64,000 bases of DNA from an uncultured beta proteobacterium (GTDB lineage Bacteria > Pseudomonadota > Gammaproteobacteria > Burkholderiales > Burkholderiaceae_B). The stretch lies in the NCBI GenBank assembly GCA_903894155.1, contig CAITPF010000475.1, positions 7,236-71,235 on the forward strand. Direction: 5' to 3'. Of the stretch, positions 1 through 8,782 are shown one piece after another. Made by a program: the position numbers and the translations under genes. Positions within the stretch are counted from its first letter, which is position 1. The number at the start of each line of letters is the position of its first letter. Under the pieces are notes generated by a model. It was given only the letters and a program-made list of their open reading frames with translations, had not been told where the DNA came from and ran no database searches.

Positions 1-682
1 CCAGGATGCGCAGTCGGCCAGACTTCACGTGCGCATCGATCACGACCCCGCTGAGGATCGAGAAATCGACCCGGCCCGACAACACATCGGCCATTGCTGC
101 CGCATCCCCCTTGTAGGGCACATGGACTGCGTCAACGCCGGTCGCGGCCTTGATCCACTCGACGGCCAGATGGTTGCTCGCCCCTATCCCCGCTGAGGCA
201 TAGCTGAGCTTGCCGGTACGTGCGCGCTCGATCAAATCCTGCGTGCTCTTGATCGGCGAATCCGCGGGTACGACCAGGAAGTAGGGGTAGTTGGAGACCG
301 GCGCGACTGCGACGAAATCCTTGAGCGAATCGTATGGAAGGTTTGCGTTGATGTGGGGCCCGACCACCAGCGGTCCGCTGCCGCCCATCAGCAGCGTGTA
401 GCCATCCGGGCGTGCGTTCTTGACGAATAGCCCGGCGACTGCGCCATTCGCGCCAAGCCGGGTTTCCACGACGAAGCCCTGGTTGAAATGTTTGGTCAGC
501 AAGTCGGCCACAAGCCGCGTCACGGCATCGGTCGGGCCGCCGACGGCAAAACCGCAGGCGATGGTGACTGTTCTGGACGGGTAGCTGGCGTCGTCTGTGG
601 CTGCCGGTTGCGCGCGCGCGCCAAGGCCGGTCACACCGAGCGCAGCACCCATTCCGCCCAACATCAGTCTTCTTCTATGCAT
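1..682 (-). CDS. Bug/TctC family tripartite tricarboxylate transporter substrate-binding protein (3' end outside window)
   Basis: Translated manually: MHRRRLMLGG...SYPSRTVTIACGFAVGGPTDAVTRL...PDGYTLL...PYKG motifs of the Bug family. Confidence 0.9.
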   Translation of the reverse strand, partial: MHRRRLMLGGMGAALGVTGLGARAQPAATDDASYPSRTVTIACGFAVGGPTDAVTRLVADLLTKHFNQGFVVETRLGANGAVAGLFVKNARPDGYTLLMGGSGPLVVGPHINANLPYDSLKDFVAVAPVSNYPYFLVVPADSPIKSTQDLIERARTGKLSYASAGIGASNHLAVEWIKAATGVDAVHVPYKGDAAAMADVLSGRVDFSILSGVVIDAHVKSGRLRIL

Positions 683-799
683 ATGGATTCCCCCGCCGGT
701 TGGAAGGTGCTGCGCCAGCGTGATCAGTACGATGATCAGTTTGCACGATGCTAAGTATGTGGAGCGCGACAATCCAGACCGCCGGGGCGAATGACCTTT

Positions 800-1702
800 T
801 TAGTAAAGTTGAATAGACTTCGCCTGCTCGACGAGCAACTGGCGGAACGCCGCCGCGACGGGCGACAGCCGCTTGCCGCCCCGGTGAACAATATGCCAGC
901 TCGATTCGATGGGAAACCCCGCCATGTCGAGCGCCACGACGCCATCCTGCGCCGGATTCTCGCCCAGCGCGTGCGCTGAAAGCACGGCAAGGCCCAGGCC
1001 GCCCGCCACCGCTTGCTTGATGGCCTCGTTGCTGCCCAATTCAAGGCGAATGTCGGGACGAAATTTTTGCCCGCGAAAGTGCTCGTCGGTGGCCATGCGC
1101 GTGCCGGAACCCTGCTCGCGCAGGATGAAGCGCTCGGCGCGGAGATCATCGAGCCCAAGCCCGCACTGGCCCGCAAGCCGGTGCCCTGCCGGTGCCACCA
1201 GCATCAGGGGATTGGGCATGAAGACATCGTCACGGATGTCGATGTTGGCGGGTGGGCGCGACATGATGTAGAGATCGTCCAGATTGGATTCGAGCCTGCG
1301 CACGACGCCATCGCGGTTCAACACCTCAAGCGCGACCTCGATATCCGGAAAACGTGCGCAGAACGTGCCAAGCAGGCGGGGAATGAAGTACTTCGCCGTG
1401 CTGACCACAGCGACCCTCAGCTTTCCTCGCGTCAACCCCCTGACCCCGTCGACATACTGTCCAAAGGCATCCCACTCGTCGGCCATCGCACGCGCCACGC
1501 GCGCGAGCTCGAGACCTGCATCGGTGAGGTGCACGCGCCGGGCAACGACTTCGAACAGCGGCAGGCCGACGGAATCCGCGAGCTCGCGCAACTGCATCGA
1601 CGCGGTGGGTTGCGTCACGTGCATGATGCGCGCCGCGCCCGTCACGCTGCCCGAATCAGCGAGCGCCAAAAATAGCCTCAATTGCCGGAATGTCGCGTTC
1701 AT
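800..1702 (-). CDS. LysR-family transcriptional regulator, CbbR-like
   Basis: N-terminal HTH (TFRQLRLF..GSVTGAAR..VTQPTAS) and LREQGSGTR / LGSNEAIKQAV motifs; divergent from the bicarbonate transporter. Confidence 0.92.
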   Translation of the reverse strand: MNATFRQLRLFLALADSGSVTGAARIMHVTQPTASMQLRELADSVGLPLFEVVARRVHLTDAGLELARVARAMADEWDAFGQYVDGVRGLTRGKLRVAVVSTAKYFIPRLLGTFCARFPDIEVALEVLNRDGVVRRLESNLDDLYIMSRPPANIDIRDDVFMPNPLMLVAPAGHRLAGQCGLGLDDLRAERFILREQGSGTRMATDEHFRGQKFRPDIRLELGSNEAIKQAVAGGLGLAVLSAHALGENPAQDGVVALDMAGFPIESSWHIVHRGGKRLSPVAAAFRQLLVEQAKSIQLY

Positions 1703-1716
1703 AGATAAACATCTAT
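1701..1716. promoter_or_regulatory. Palindrome ATAGAT-N4-ATCTAT, probable LysR operator overlapping the lysR start
   Basis: Perfect 6-bp inverted repeat in the AT-rich divergent region, where LysR autoregulatory sites usually lie. Confidence 0.55.
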
Positions 1717-1793
1717 ATAAATGATGTGAAGAATCGATTTTACTTTATATGCTCCGATCCCTAGGATGGTGTTCAGACAATAAGGAAAGACGA

Positions 1794-2756
1794 ATGAACA
1801 CCCTGCTCGATCCCTCCATCCTGTTTTTCATGTTTGGCCTATTTGCAGGCCTGGCAAAATCCAATCTGGAGATCCCGCCGCAAATTGCGCGATTCCTGTC
1901 GCTCTACCTGTTGATGGCGCTGGGCCTGAAGGGCGGCTTCGCGCTGAGCAAGTCGGGCGTCACGCCCGAGATCGCACTTAGCCTGGGCATCGCGATCGGG
2001 CTCGCCGTGGTCATTCCGCTCGCGGGATACTGGCTGCTGCGCCGGCGGCTTGATCGCCTGGATGCCGCCGCCGTCGCCGCGACCTACGGTTCGATCAGTG
2101 CAGTGACGTTCATTACCGCCAGCCAGGCGCTGGATCTTGCCGGCATCGCCTACGGGGGGCACATGGCGGCCGCGATGGCCCTTATGGAGTCGCCCGCCAT
2201 CATCATCGCCATTGTCCTCGCCAACAAGGCAAGGTCGCCCCTCGAAGGCCGGCACGCCAGTCTGGGCAAAGTGCTGCACGAATCATTTACGGATGGTGGC
2301 CAGTTGCTGCTACTGGGATCGCTGCTCATCGGCCTGGTGACCGGCGAGGCCGGCTACAAAGCGCTGGCGCCCTTTTCGATCGATCTTTTCAAGGGACTGC
2401 TGGCGTTTTTCCTGCTCGACATGGGCCTGATGGCCGCCCGAAGCCTGGGCCAGATCCGGGGCAAGCCACCTGTCGCCCTGGCCTATGCGCTCATGGCGCC
2501 GCCGGTGCATGCCGCCTTTGCCCTGGCAATCTGCCGGCTGGCAGAGCTGCCGGTCGGCGACACGATCCTGCTCATGGTGCTGGCGGCGAGCGCGTCATAC
2601 ATCGCGGTCCCCGCCGTGCTCCGTCAGGCGCTGCCGGAGGTCAATCCGGCGCTGTACCTGGGAATGTCGCTCGGGATCACCTTCCCGCTCAACATTCTTG
2701 GCGGGATTCCGCTCTATACCGCCGTCGCCCTGTGGCTGATGCCGGCCACACCGTGA
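1794..2756 (+). CDS. sbtA: Sodium-dependent bicarbonate transport family permease (SbtA/DUF897-like)
   Basis: KSNLEIP, YLLMALGLKGG, YGSISAVTF, MALMESPAII, ASASYIAVPA and SLGITFPLNI motifs; RBS AAGGA before ATG 1794. Confidence 0.85.
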   Translation: MNTLLDPSILFFMFGLFAGLAKSNLEIPPQIARFLSLYLLMALGLKGGFALSKSGVTPEIALSLGIAIGLAVVIPLAGYWLLRRRLDRLDAAAVAATYGSISAVTFITASQALDLAGIAYGGHMAAAMALMESPAIIIAIVLANKARSPLEGRHASLGKVLHESFTDGGQLLLLGSLLIGLVTGEAGYKALAPFSIDLFKGLLAFFLLDMGLMAARSLGQIRGKPPVALAYALMAPPVHAAFALAICRLAELPVGDTILLMVLAASASYIAVPAVLRQALPEVNPALYLGMSLGITFPLNILGGIPLYTAVALWLMPATP

Positions 2757-2802
2757 CCAGGTGCGCGGCAAGCCCCGTCATTCGGGGCGGGCACGATTTC
2801 AA
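2754..2802 (+). mobile_element. 49-nt IS200/IS605-end-like hairpin element, copy 1
   Basis: TGAC CAGGTGCGCGG CAAG CCCCGTCATTCGGGGCGGGCACGATTTCAA; its TGA is the sbtA stop codon. Confidence 0.75.
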
Positions 2803-2805
2803 TCT

Positions 2806-4470
2806 TCAGGCGCCCGCCTTCCAGACGTAGCCGCCGAAGCGCTCGCGCAGCTTGAGCTTGTGCAACTTGCCCGTCGCGGTCATCGGGATTTCCTCGGCGA
2901 ACACAATGTCGTCCGGGAGCCACCACTTGGCCACCTTGGCGCTGAGGATTTCGTAGAGCTCGGCCTTCAGCGCCTCGGGGGCTTTGCCCGATCCTTCGCG
3001 CGGCACGATCACCAGCAGCGGGCGTTCGTCCCACTTCGGATGGGCGATGCCGATGCACGCGCACATCGCCACATCCGCGTGGGAACTCGCCGCGTTTTCC
3101 AGTTCGATCGAGGAAATCCATTCGCCGCCGGACTTGATCACGTCCTTGCTGCGATCGACGATCTGCATATTGCCATCCGGATCGATTGTCGAAATGTCCC
3201 CCGTCTTGAACCAGCCTTGCTCCAGAGGGCTATCCGGAATGCCGAAATACTGGTCGATCACCCAATGACCCTGGGCGTAAAGATCCCCAAACGCCGCCCC
3301 GTCGTTCGGCAGCGATTTGCCTTCGCCACCGACGATCTTGAGTTTGATGCCGGAGACCGGCCTGCCCTGCTTTTCCAGGATACGTTTTTGCTCGGCCGGG
3401 GACTTGCCCACATCCTTGGCCTTGAGTCGGGCAACGGTACCCAGGGGTGACAACTCAGTCATGCCCCAGGCGTGGATGACCTCCACGCCAAGTTTGGCGA
3501 AGTCCTCCATCAGCGATGGCGGGCAGGTCGAGCCGCCGATCACGGCGCGCCTGAAGGTCGAGAACGACAAATTGCCGGCCTTCACGTACTGGACCAGGCC
3601 GGCCCATATCGTGGGCACACCAGCTGAGGCTGTCACGCCCTCGCGTTCGATCAGGTTGTAGAGCGAAGCGCCATCAAGCTTTGCGCCCGGCATCACCATT
3701 TTGGCGCCCGTCAGCGGGCACGCATAGGGCAGGCCCCACGCGTTGACATGGAACATCGGCACCACGGGCATGATCGAATCCATGGCGGAGATGCCCAGCG
3801 AATCCGGCAACGCCGCCGCATACGAATGCAGGACGACCGACCGGTTGGTATAGAGCGCGCCCTTCGGATTGCCCGTCGTGCCCGACGTGTAGCAAAGGCT
3901 CGAGGCAGTCCGCTCGTCGAACTCCGGCCAGTCGAAGGCGCCATCCTCCGCGTCGATCAGGTCTTCATAGCAAAGAAGGCCCTCGAAGCCTTCTGCCGGC
4001 ATATGATCGCGGTCGCTCATGCAGACCCAGTGCCGCACGCCCGGGCACTCCGGCTTGAGCGCCTTCATGAGCGCAAGGAACGTGAGGTCGAAAAACACCG
4101 CCTGATCCTCAGCGTGATTGACGATGTAGCGCAACTGGTCGGGAAACAGGCGAGGATTGATCGTGTGGCAAATGCGGCCGCTGCCCGACACTCCGTAATA
4201 CAGCTCCATGTGGCGGTACCCGTTCCAGGCGAACGTCCCCACCCGGTCTCCCGTCATGATGAGCAGGCGATCCAGCGCCTGCGCCAGCTTGCGCGCGCGC
4301 AGCGCGCAGTCGCCATAGGTGTAGCGATGGATGTCGCCTTCCGTGCGCGCCGAAACGATTTCCGTATCCCCGTGATAGAGCTCGGCATGATCCATGATCG
4401 CCGAGATCAGCAGCGGCTTGAACATCATGCTGCCAGTCACCAGTCGGGTGGGGTCAAATCCGGATGCCAT
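2806..4470 (-). CDS. Medium/long-chain acyl-CoA ligase (DmdB/AlkK-like)
   Basis: LCYTSGTTGNPKG, MFHVNAWGLPY, WGMTE, DRSKDVIKSGGEWISS. Confidence 0.9.
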   Translation of the reverse strand: MASGFDPTRLVTGSMMFKPLLISAIMDHAELYHGDTEIVSARTEGDIHRYTYGDCALRARKLAQALDRLLIMTGDRVGTFAWNGYRHMELYYGVSGSGRICHTINPRLFPDQLRYIVNHAEDQAVFFDLTFLALMKALKPECPGVRHWVCMSDRDHMPAEGFEGLLCYEDLIDAEDGAFDWPEFDERTASSLCYTSGTTGNPKGALYTNRSVVLHSYAAALPDSLGISAMDSIMPVVPMFHVNAWGLPYACPLTGAKMVMPGAKLDGASLYNLIEREGVTASAGVPTIWAGLVQYVKAGNLSFSTFRRAVIGGSTCPPSLMEDFAKLGVEVIHAWGMTELSPLGTVARLKAKDVGKSPAEQKRILEKQGRPVSGIKLKIVGGEGKSLPNDGAAFGDLYAQGHWVIDQYFGIPDSPLEQGWFKTGDISTIDPDGNMQIVDRSKDVIKSGGEWISSIELENAASSHADVAMCACIGIAHPKWDERPLLVIVPREGSGKAPEALKAELYEILSAKVAKWWLPDDIVFAEEIPMTATGKLHKLKLRERFGGYVWKAGA

Positions 4471-4641
4471 CTGCAGTCTCCGCGGTTGTATGTTGTTTGT
4501 TGCACCAATCGGGGCAACGGGGATGAAATCGAATGTACCTCTTTGGCCGAAATCCATCTATGCTCGTAGCTACCTACCCACAAGCCGGGCCGATGTCCGG
4601 TGTTTAACCTCTCAGGTGCCGTGTCTGGCACCGCGTTCACG

Positions 4642-5226
4642 ATGCCGCCCCAACCCGCTCCGACTTCGCAGATCCCCGGTTCCGTCCAGTCCCCCACCCT
4701 CGCTGAACTCGCCCTGCCTTTCGGGAAAATCGGGATCTCCAGTTTCGGCGGCGGCCTTTCGGCCTGGGTCTACCGGGAAATGGTCGATGGTCGCCGCTGG
4801 ATTACGGAGGACGAGTTCCTGGGCGCGGTGACCATGAGCCAGATCCTGCCCGGCGCCAACATCGTCAACCTGGCCCTTCAAATCGGGTTCCGACTACGCG
4901 GTGGCATCGGCAGCGTCGTTGCGGTCCTGTCGTTGCTCGTGCCCCCGATGATCGTCGTCATCCTGCTTGGCATCGCGCTGACGTCAATCGGCCACATCGA
5001 CTGGCTGCATGATTTCCTGGAAGGGCTTGCCGCCACGGCCATCGGCCTGAGCGCATCGGTCGGCCTGCGCAGCGCGAGGCGATCATTGCGCATGGGCTGG
5101 TGGCCATCCCTGCTGAGCCTGGGCGTCATCATCGGCGTATTCGGACTTCAATGGCCGATCGTGCCGGTCATTTTTGGCCTGGCCGTGTGTGGCCTGTTCA
5201 TCGCCCGCGTCAAGATTCGGGGCTAG
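4642..5226 (+). CDS. chrA: Short-chain chromate transporter, N-type half
   Basis: FGKIGISSFGGG and SQILPGANIVN motifs. Confidence 0.85.
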   Translation: MPPQPAPTSQIPGSVQSPTLAELALPFGKIGISSFGGGLSAWVYREMVDGRRWITEDEFLGAVTMSQILPGANIVNLALQIGFRLRGGIGSVVAVLSLLVPPMIVVILLGIALTSIGHIDWLHDFLEGLAATAIGLSASVGLRSARRSLRMGWWPSLLSLGVIIGVFGLQWPIVPVIFGLAVCGLFIARVKIRG

Positions 5227-5233
5227 GCCAGAC

Positions 5234-5776
5234 ATGTCCGACGAAAATATCTACCTCACCCTGCTCAAGGTCTTCGCGCCGCTGTCGCTGATTTCGATTG
5301 GCGGGGGCCAGAGCATCGTGGGCGATATCCACCACCAGGCGGTCGACGTGCACCAGTGGCTGACCCAGGGCAGATTCATCGATTTATTCGCCATTTCGCG
5401 GGCCGCGCCTGGCCCGGGCGCACTGCTGACGACCCTGATCGGGTGGGACGTCAGCGGATTCGCCGGCGCGCTCGTCGCCTCGCTCGCGCTCTTCGTGCCG
5501 TCTTCCCTGCTGGCCTACCTGGTGACGCGCGCCTGGCATGGCAAGCGCGAAGAACCCTGGTATCGCTGGGTGCAGGCAGGGCTTGCGCCGCTCGCGACCG
5601 GGCTGATCCTGGCGAGCGCGCTGACCGTCATCCGGGCCACCTCGGGCGGCGCATCGCCGTGGATCATCGCCGGCGTGTCAGCCGCCTTTTTCAGCCGGTT
5701 TCACAAGGTGAATCCGCTGCCGATCCTCGCGATCGGCGGTTTGATTCAGGTGCTTGTGGCCCGGTTCCTGGCGTAG
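5234..5776 (+). CDS. chrA: Short-chain chromate transporter, C-type half
   Basis: LSLISIGGG and AISRAAPGP motifs; paired with the preceding gene. Confidence 0.85.
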   Translation: MSDENIYLTLLKVFAPLSLISIGGGQSIVGDIHHQAVDVHQWLTQGRFIDLFAISRAAPGPGALLTTLIGWDVSGFAGALVASLALFVPSSLLAYLVTRAWHGKREEPWYRWVQAGLAPLATGLILASALTVIRATSGGASPWIIAGVSAAFFSRFHKVNPLPILAIGGLIQVLVARFLA

Positions 5777-5836
5777 CTTGCCGCGTCCGCCGTGAAAGGC
5801 GGGTCTTGCCGCGCGCCGAATCAACGCACCTGGTCA
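5776..5836 (-). mobile_element. Compound/nested copy of the 49-nt element
   Basis: Minus strand reads TTGACCAGGTGCG-TTGATTCGGCGCGCGGCAAGACCCGCCTTTCACGGCGGA-CGCGGCAAGC. Confidence 0.65.
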
Positions 5837-5896
5837 ATTCAGGGGCAACAGCCCGGCTGCGGCAGGGATCCGATCAGACCCCTGCGCGCTCCCGTC

Positions 5897-6637
5897 TTAC
5901 TGCGGCTTGACGAAGCGCAGCGCGAAGTGATCCGTCGGGATGGTCATCTTGGACCAGTGCTCTTCGCGCGGATCGGCGGGATTGCGCCATGCGTCGGAGT
6001 CGGCCTCGACGCGGAAACCGGCGGCCGTCACTTCGTCTCGCACCGTCTTTTCGTCGATGCGGTGCAAGGTTGACGTCACGCTCGTGCCCGCGCCCGGCTT
6101 GGTCGCATGGTCGATCAACACCAGATGCCCGCCGGGCTTAAGGGCATCAAACATCGCCTTGTTCATCTTCGCACGGTCAACGGGCGTGTTTGCAATATCG
6201 TGATACGACAGAATCAGCGTGATCAGGTCGACCCGCGGCGCATCGGCCGGGAGTAACGTCTCGAAGGGCTGGTTCAGAATCACCAGGTTGGGCTGGGGAT
6301 TGGCCGCAAGGCGCGCCTCGAGCGCGGGGGAAGGCTTGGCCACCTGGGCCCAGACCTTGCCGGTCGGGCCGACCGCCAGGGCCAGAACCTGCGCGGTATA
6401 GCCGCCGCCGGACGCGACATCGAGCACCTGCATCCCCGGCTTGACTTGCGCGAATTTCAGCAGCTCCAGGGGCTTGCGCGAAGCGTCCTGCGCCTGGTCC
6501 TTCGCGTTGCGCACCGGGCTGCCAAGCAAGGCTGCTGACGGGTCTGCCGCCCACGCGAGCGGGATCACGCAGCTGGCCGCGACGGCCAATGCGGCCATCG
6601 CGCGCGAAACGATGCGTTCGAATGTTGATCGGGACAT
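5897..6637 (-). CDS. Class I SAM-dependent methyltransferase with a predicted signal peptide (COG4798-like)
   Basis: VLDVASGGGY motif I, LKPGG, HRID..V..E...AGF, NPADPR; hydrophobic leader ending LAWA. Confidence 0.85.
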   Translation of the reverse strand: MSRSTFERIVSRAMAALAVAASCVIPLAWAADPSAALLGSPVRNAKDQAQDASRKPLELLKFAQVKPGMQVLDVASGGGYTAQVLALAVGPTGKVWAQVAKPSPALEARLAANPQPNLVILNQPFETLLPADAPRVDLITLILSYHDIANTPVDRAKMNKAMFDALKPGGHLVLIDHATKPGAGTSVTSTLHRIDEKTVRDEVTAAGFRVEADSDAWRNPADPREEHWSKMTIPTDHFALRFVKPQ

Positions 6638-6716
6638 GAGTGATCTCCTTGAAATGGTGGCAAGTATCGTACGACAGATCGGGGCGCTGTGACCGGGATC
6701 CCTGCACCTCCCCCGG

Positions 6717-6765
6717 ATCAAATCGCGCTGGTCCTAAACGACAGGGCTAGTCCCGTACCCGGTCA
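6717..6765 (-). mobile_element. 49-nt element copy starting on the MmgE/PrpD stop codon
   Basis: Minus strand TGAC CGGGTACGGGA CTAG CCCTGTCGTTTAGGACCAGCGCGATTTGAT aligns without gaps to copy 1. Confidence 0.7.
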
Positions 6766-8229
6766 TCCGGGCTGCATAAGCTCGCGCAGGGACAATACAT
6801 TGGGCACCTGCTCCAGATTCCAAATCTGTTCGACCAGACGGCGCGCGCGGTCGTTGCCTATGACCGGGGCGCACAAATCGAAGGCCTTCTGCCCTACTTC
6901 CTCGCGGGTCATCGGATTGGCGACTGTGCCGCGCACGTTCCGGGTGTGCGAATGCAAGGTCCGACCGTCCTTGAGCGTGATGTCGACGATCGCCTGGCGA
7001 CTCGGCAGCGCACGCTCAAGCTCCGGATCGCCGATCAGTTCCACCCGGCGGCTGATCTCGAGTACCTGCGGATCCTTCATGCGGGCCACGTCGTGGGCTG
7101 CCTCGAGCGATGCGGTGCCGTCGAGCAGCATCACGGCGATCATGTACTGCATGCTGATGTCGGGCATGCTGCGGTTGTTGGTGATTTCCGCGCCAGAACT
7201 GAACACCCGCACCACGACCTTCTCGACATCCTGCGCCCTGAATTTGTGCTCGCGCAACAAGTCGTAGACGGAATCGAGCGGCGCCTGGATCGGGCTCCCG
7301 ACGGTCCAGCGCTTGATATTGGTGTTCACGACTTCGTAGGTATCGCCGAGGCCACGCACCAGTAATTCCGGCTTGGCGTTTGTGCCAAAGGCCTGGAAAA
7401 AGTTGTAGGGCCCCGCAAACGGGTCGTCGATTCCGCTCATCCCCGAGGCGACCATCGTGGCGGAAGCCGCGCCGTTGCGCGCCGGCATCCCGCCAAACTG
7501 GAACGCCTTCTCGACATGCTCGGTGTCACGCGCGTAGTTCGACAGCCCGCTCGCCTGCTGCGTGGTGTAGGAAAGCACGAAGCGCACCTGGCGCGGCGTA
7601 AGGCGGGCGAGCGCTGCGCACGCCGCGGCCGCGCCGAACATTGGGCCAAAAGAATGCGTTCCGTGACCCTGCCGCGCGAAGGCATAATCGCCCAGGGCAA
7701 AGGACATGCGCGAACTGATGTCATAGCCGAGCGCGACGGCGCGCAGCAGCGCATTGCCGTCCGACCCGGAAAACTCTGCCATCGCCAGGGCGGCGGGCAC
7801 GATGCCAGCCCCCGGGTGCGTCAGCGAAGCGGCATGCGAATCGTCGGTTTCGTCGGCATGCGCCAGCATGCCGCCACAAAGCGACGCGTTGACGACGGTC
7901 GTCACGATACGCGTTCCCGGAATCCCCGCCTGCGCGACGCCGCCTTGCGACTGGATATACGCAATTGCCTTTTGTCCCGGCATGAGGTGCGTGCCCGAAA
8001 TCATCGAGGCAATCGTGTCCAGCGTGTGATGCTTGCTCGCCTCGACGGCGTTTGCCGGCATGGCGCTCGCGATGGCCGCGGCAATGTATTCCGACACTGT
8101 GCGCGTCACCGGCGAGATGGCCGGGGAATCGGCCCAGGCGCGCAGGGGAATCGGCGCAGCCACAAGGATCGCCGCCTTCAACAAAGCCCGCCGGTTAAGT
8201 CCGCCCGCAGGATTTACATTGCGTGTCAT
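6763..8229 (-). CDS. MmgE/PrpD family protein with a twin-arginine-like leader
   Basis: HADETDDSH..SLTHPG motif; leader LNRRALLKAA...AWA. Confidence 0.88.
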   Translation of the reverse strand: MTRNVNPAGGLNRRALLKAAILVAAPIPLRAWADSPAISPVTRTVSEYIAAAIASAMPANAVEASKHHTLDTIASMISGTHLMPGQKAIAYIQSQGGVAQAGIPGTRIVTTVVNASLCGGMLAHADETDDSHAASLTHPGAGIVPAALAMAEFSGSDGNALLRAVALGYDISSRMSFALGDYAFARQGHGTHSFGPMFGAAAACAALARLTPRQVRFVLSYTTQQASGLSNYARDTEHVEKAFQFGGMPARNGAASATMVASGMSGIDDPFAGPYNFFQAFGTNAKPELLVRGLGDTYEVVNTNIKRWTVGSPIQAPLDSVYDLLREHKFRAQDVEKVVVRVFSSGAEITNNRSMPDISMQYMIAVMLLDGTASLEAAHDVARMKDPQVLEISRRVELIGDPELERALPSRQAIVDITLKDGRTLHSHTRNVRGTVANPMTREEVGQKAFDLCAPVIGNDRARRLVEQIWNLEQVPNVLSLRELMQPG

Positions 8230-8396
8230 GTCTCGCCTCCCTCAACCCATGGATTCTGGTTGTACGCACCAGTTCGGCACGAGTTTACGCCGGGAACTTG
8301 CAAAAGACATGGCATTGCGGCGCGTTGCTCCGGTAAACTGAATCCACCACGAGGCAGCCCATTGCCCGATCATTCAGGACCAAACCGGAGGCTCCT

Positions 8397-8675
8397 ATGT
8401 CAGACACCAGCAACGATGCCGGCATGATCCAGGTACTGCTCGATCGTTTCAATAATCAGCGTCTTCCGCGCATGCTGGAAATCAAAGCAAAGGCAGAGCG
8501 CGGCGAAAAGCTCACCGACTACGAACTCGAGTTTCTCGAGCACGCGCTGAGCGACACCCGCTCGGCCAGCCACCTGCTGCAGCGCCACCCGGAATTCACC
8601 GACCTGGTGTCGCGCATCGGGGCGCTCTACAAGGAAATCGCCACCAAGGCGCTCGCCAACGAGTCCAAGCCCTAG
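8397..8675 (+). CDS. Small hypothetical protein (92 aa, helical)
   Basis: Strong RBS GGAGG, normal codon usage, protein-like composition. Confidence 0.75.
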   Translation: MSDTSNDAGMIQVLLDRFNNQRLPRMLEIKAKAERGEKLTDYELEFLEHALSDTRSASHLLQRHPEFTDLVSRIGALYKEIATKALANESKP

Positions 8676-8683
8676 CGCCTGGC

Positions 8684-8776
8684 TGACCAGGTGCGTGACA
8701 AGCCCCGCCGTTCAGGGCGGGCGAACGTCGGCAGGCGCTGCGCGAGCCCCGCTGCTCAGGAGCCAGCGCGGGTCAA
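8684..8776 (+). mobile_element. Head-to-tail tandem of two element bodies behind one TGAC
   Basis: TGAC | CAGGTGCGTGA CAAG CCCCGCCGTTCAGGGCGGGCGAACGTCGG | CAGGCGCTGCG CGAG CCCCGCTGCTCAGGAGCCAGCGCGGGTCAA. Confidence 0.7.
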
Positions 8777-8782
8777 CGTGCC

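Noticed and set aside
755-796. Possible very degenerate element copy (GCGCGACAATCC..GGGGCGAATGACC)
   Set aside because: No TGAY and a broken stem; too weak to count. If real, it would be an antisense exception to the orientation rule.
4642-5776. Split chrA as a frameshifted pseudogene
   Set aside because: Paired short-chain CHR genes are an established functional arrangement.
8684-8776. HEARO/omega-RNA or TnpB guide locus
   Set aside because: Only the end-hairpin-sized piece is present; no IscB/TnpB ORF or longer structured RNA.
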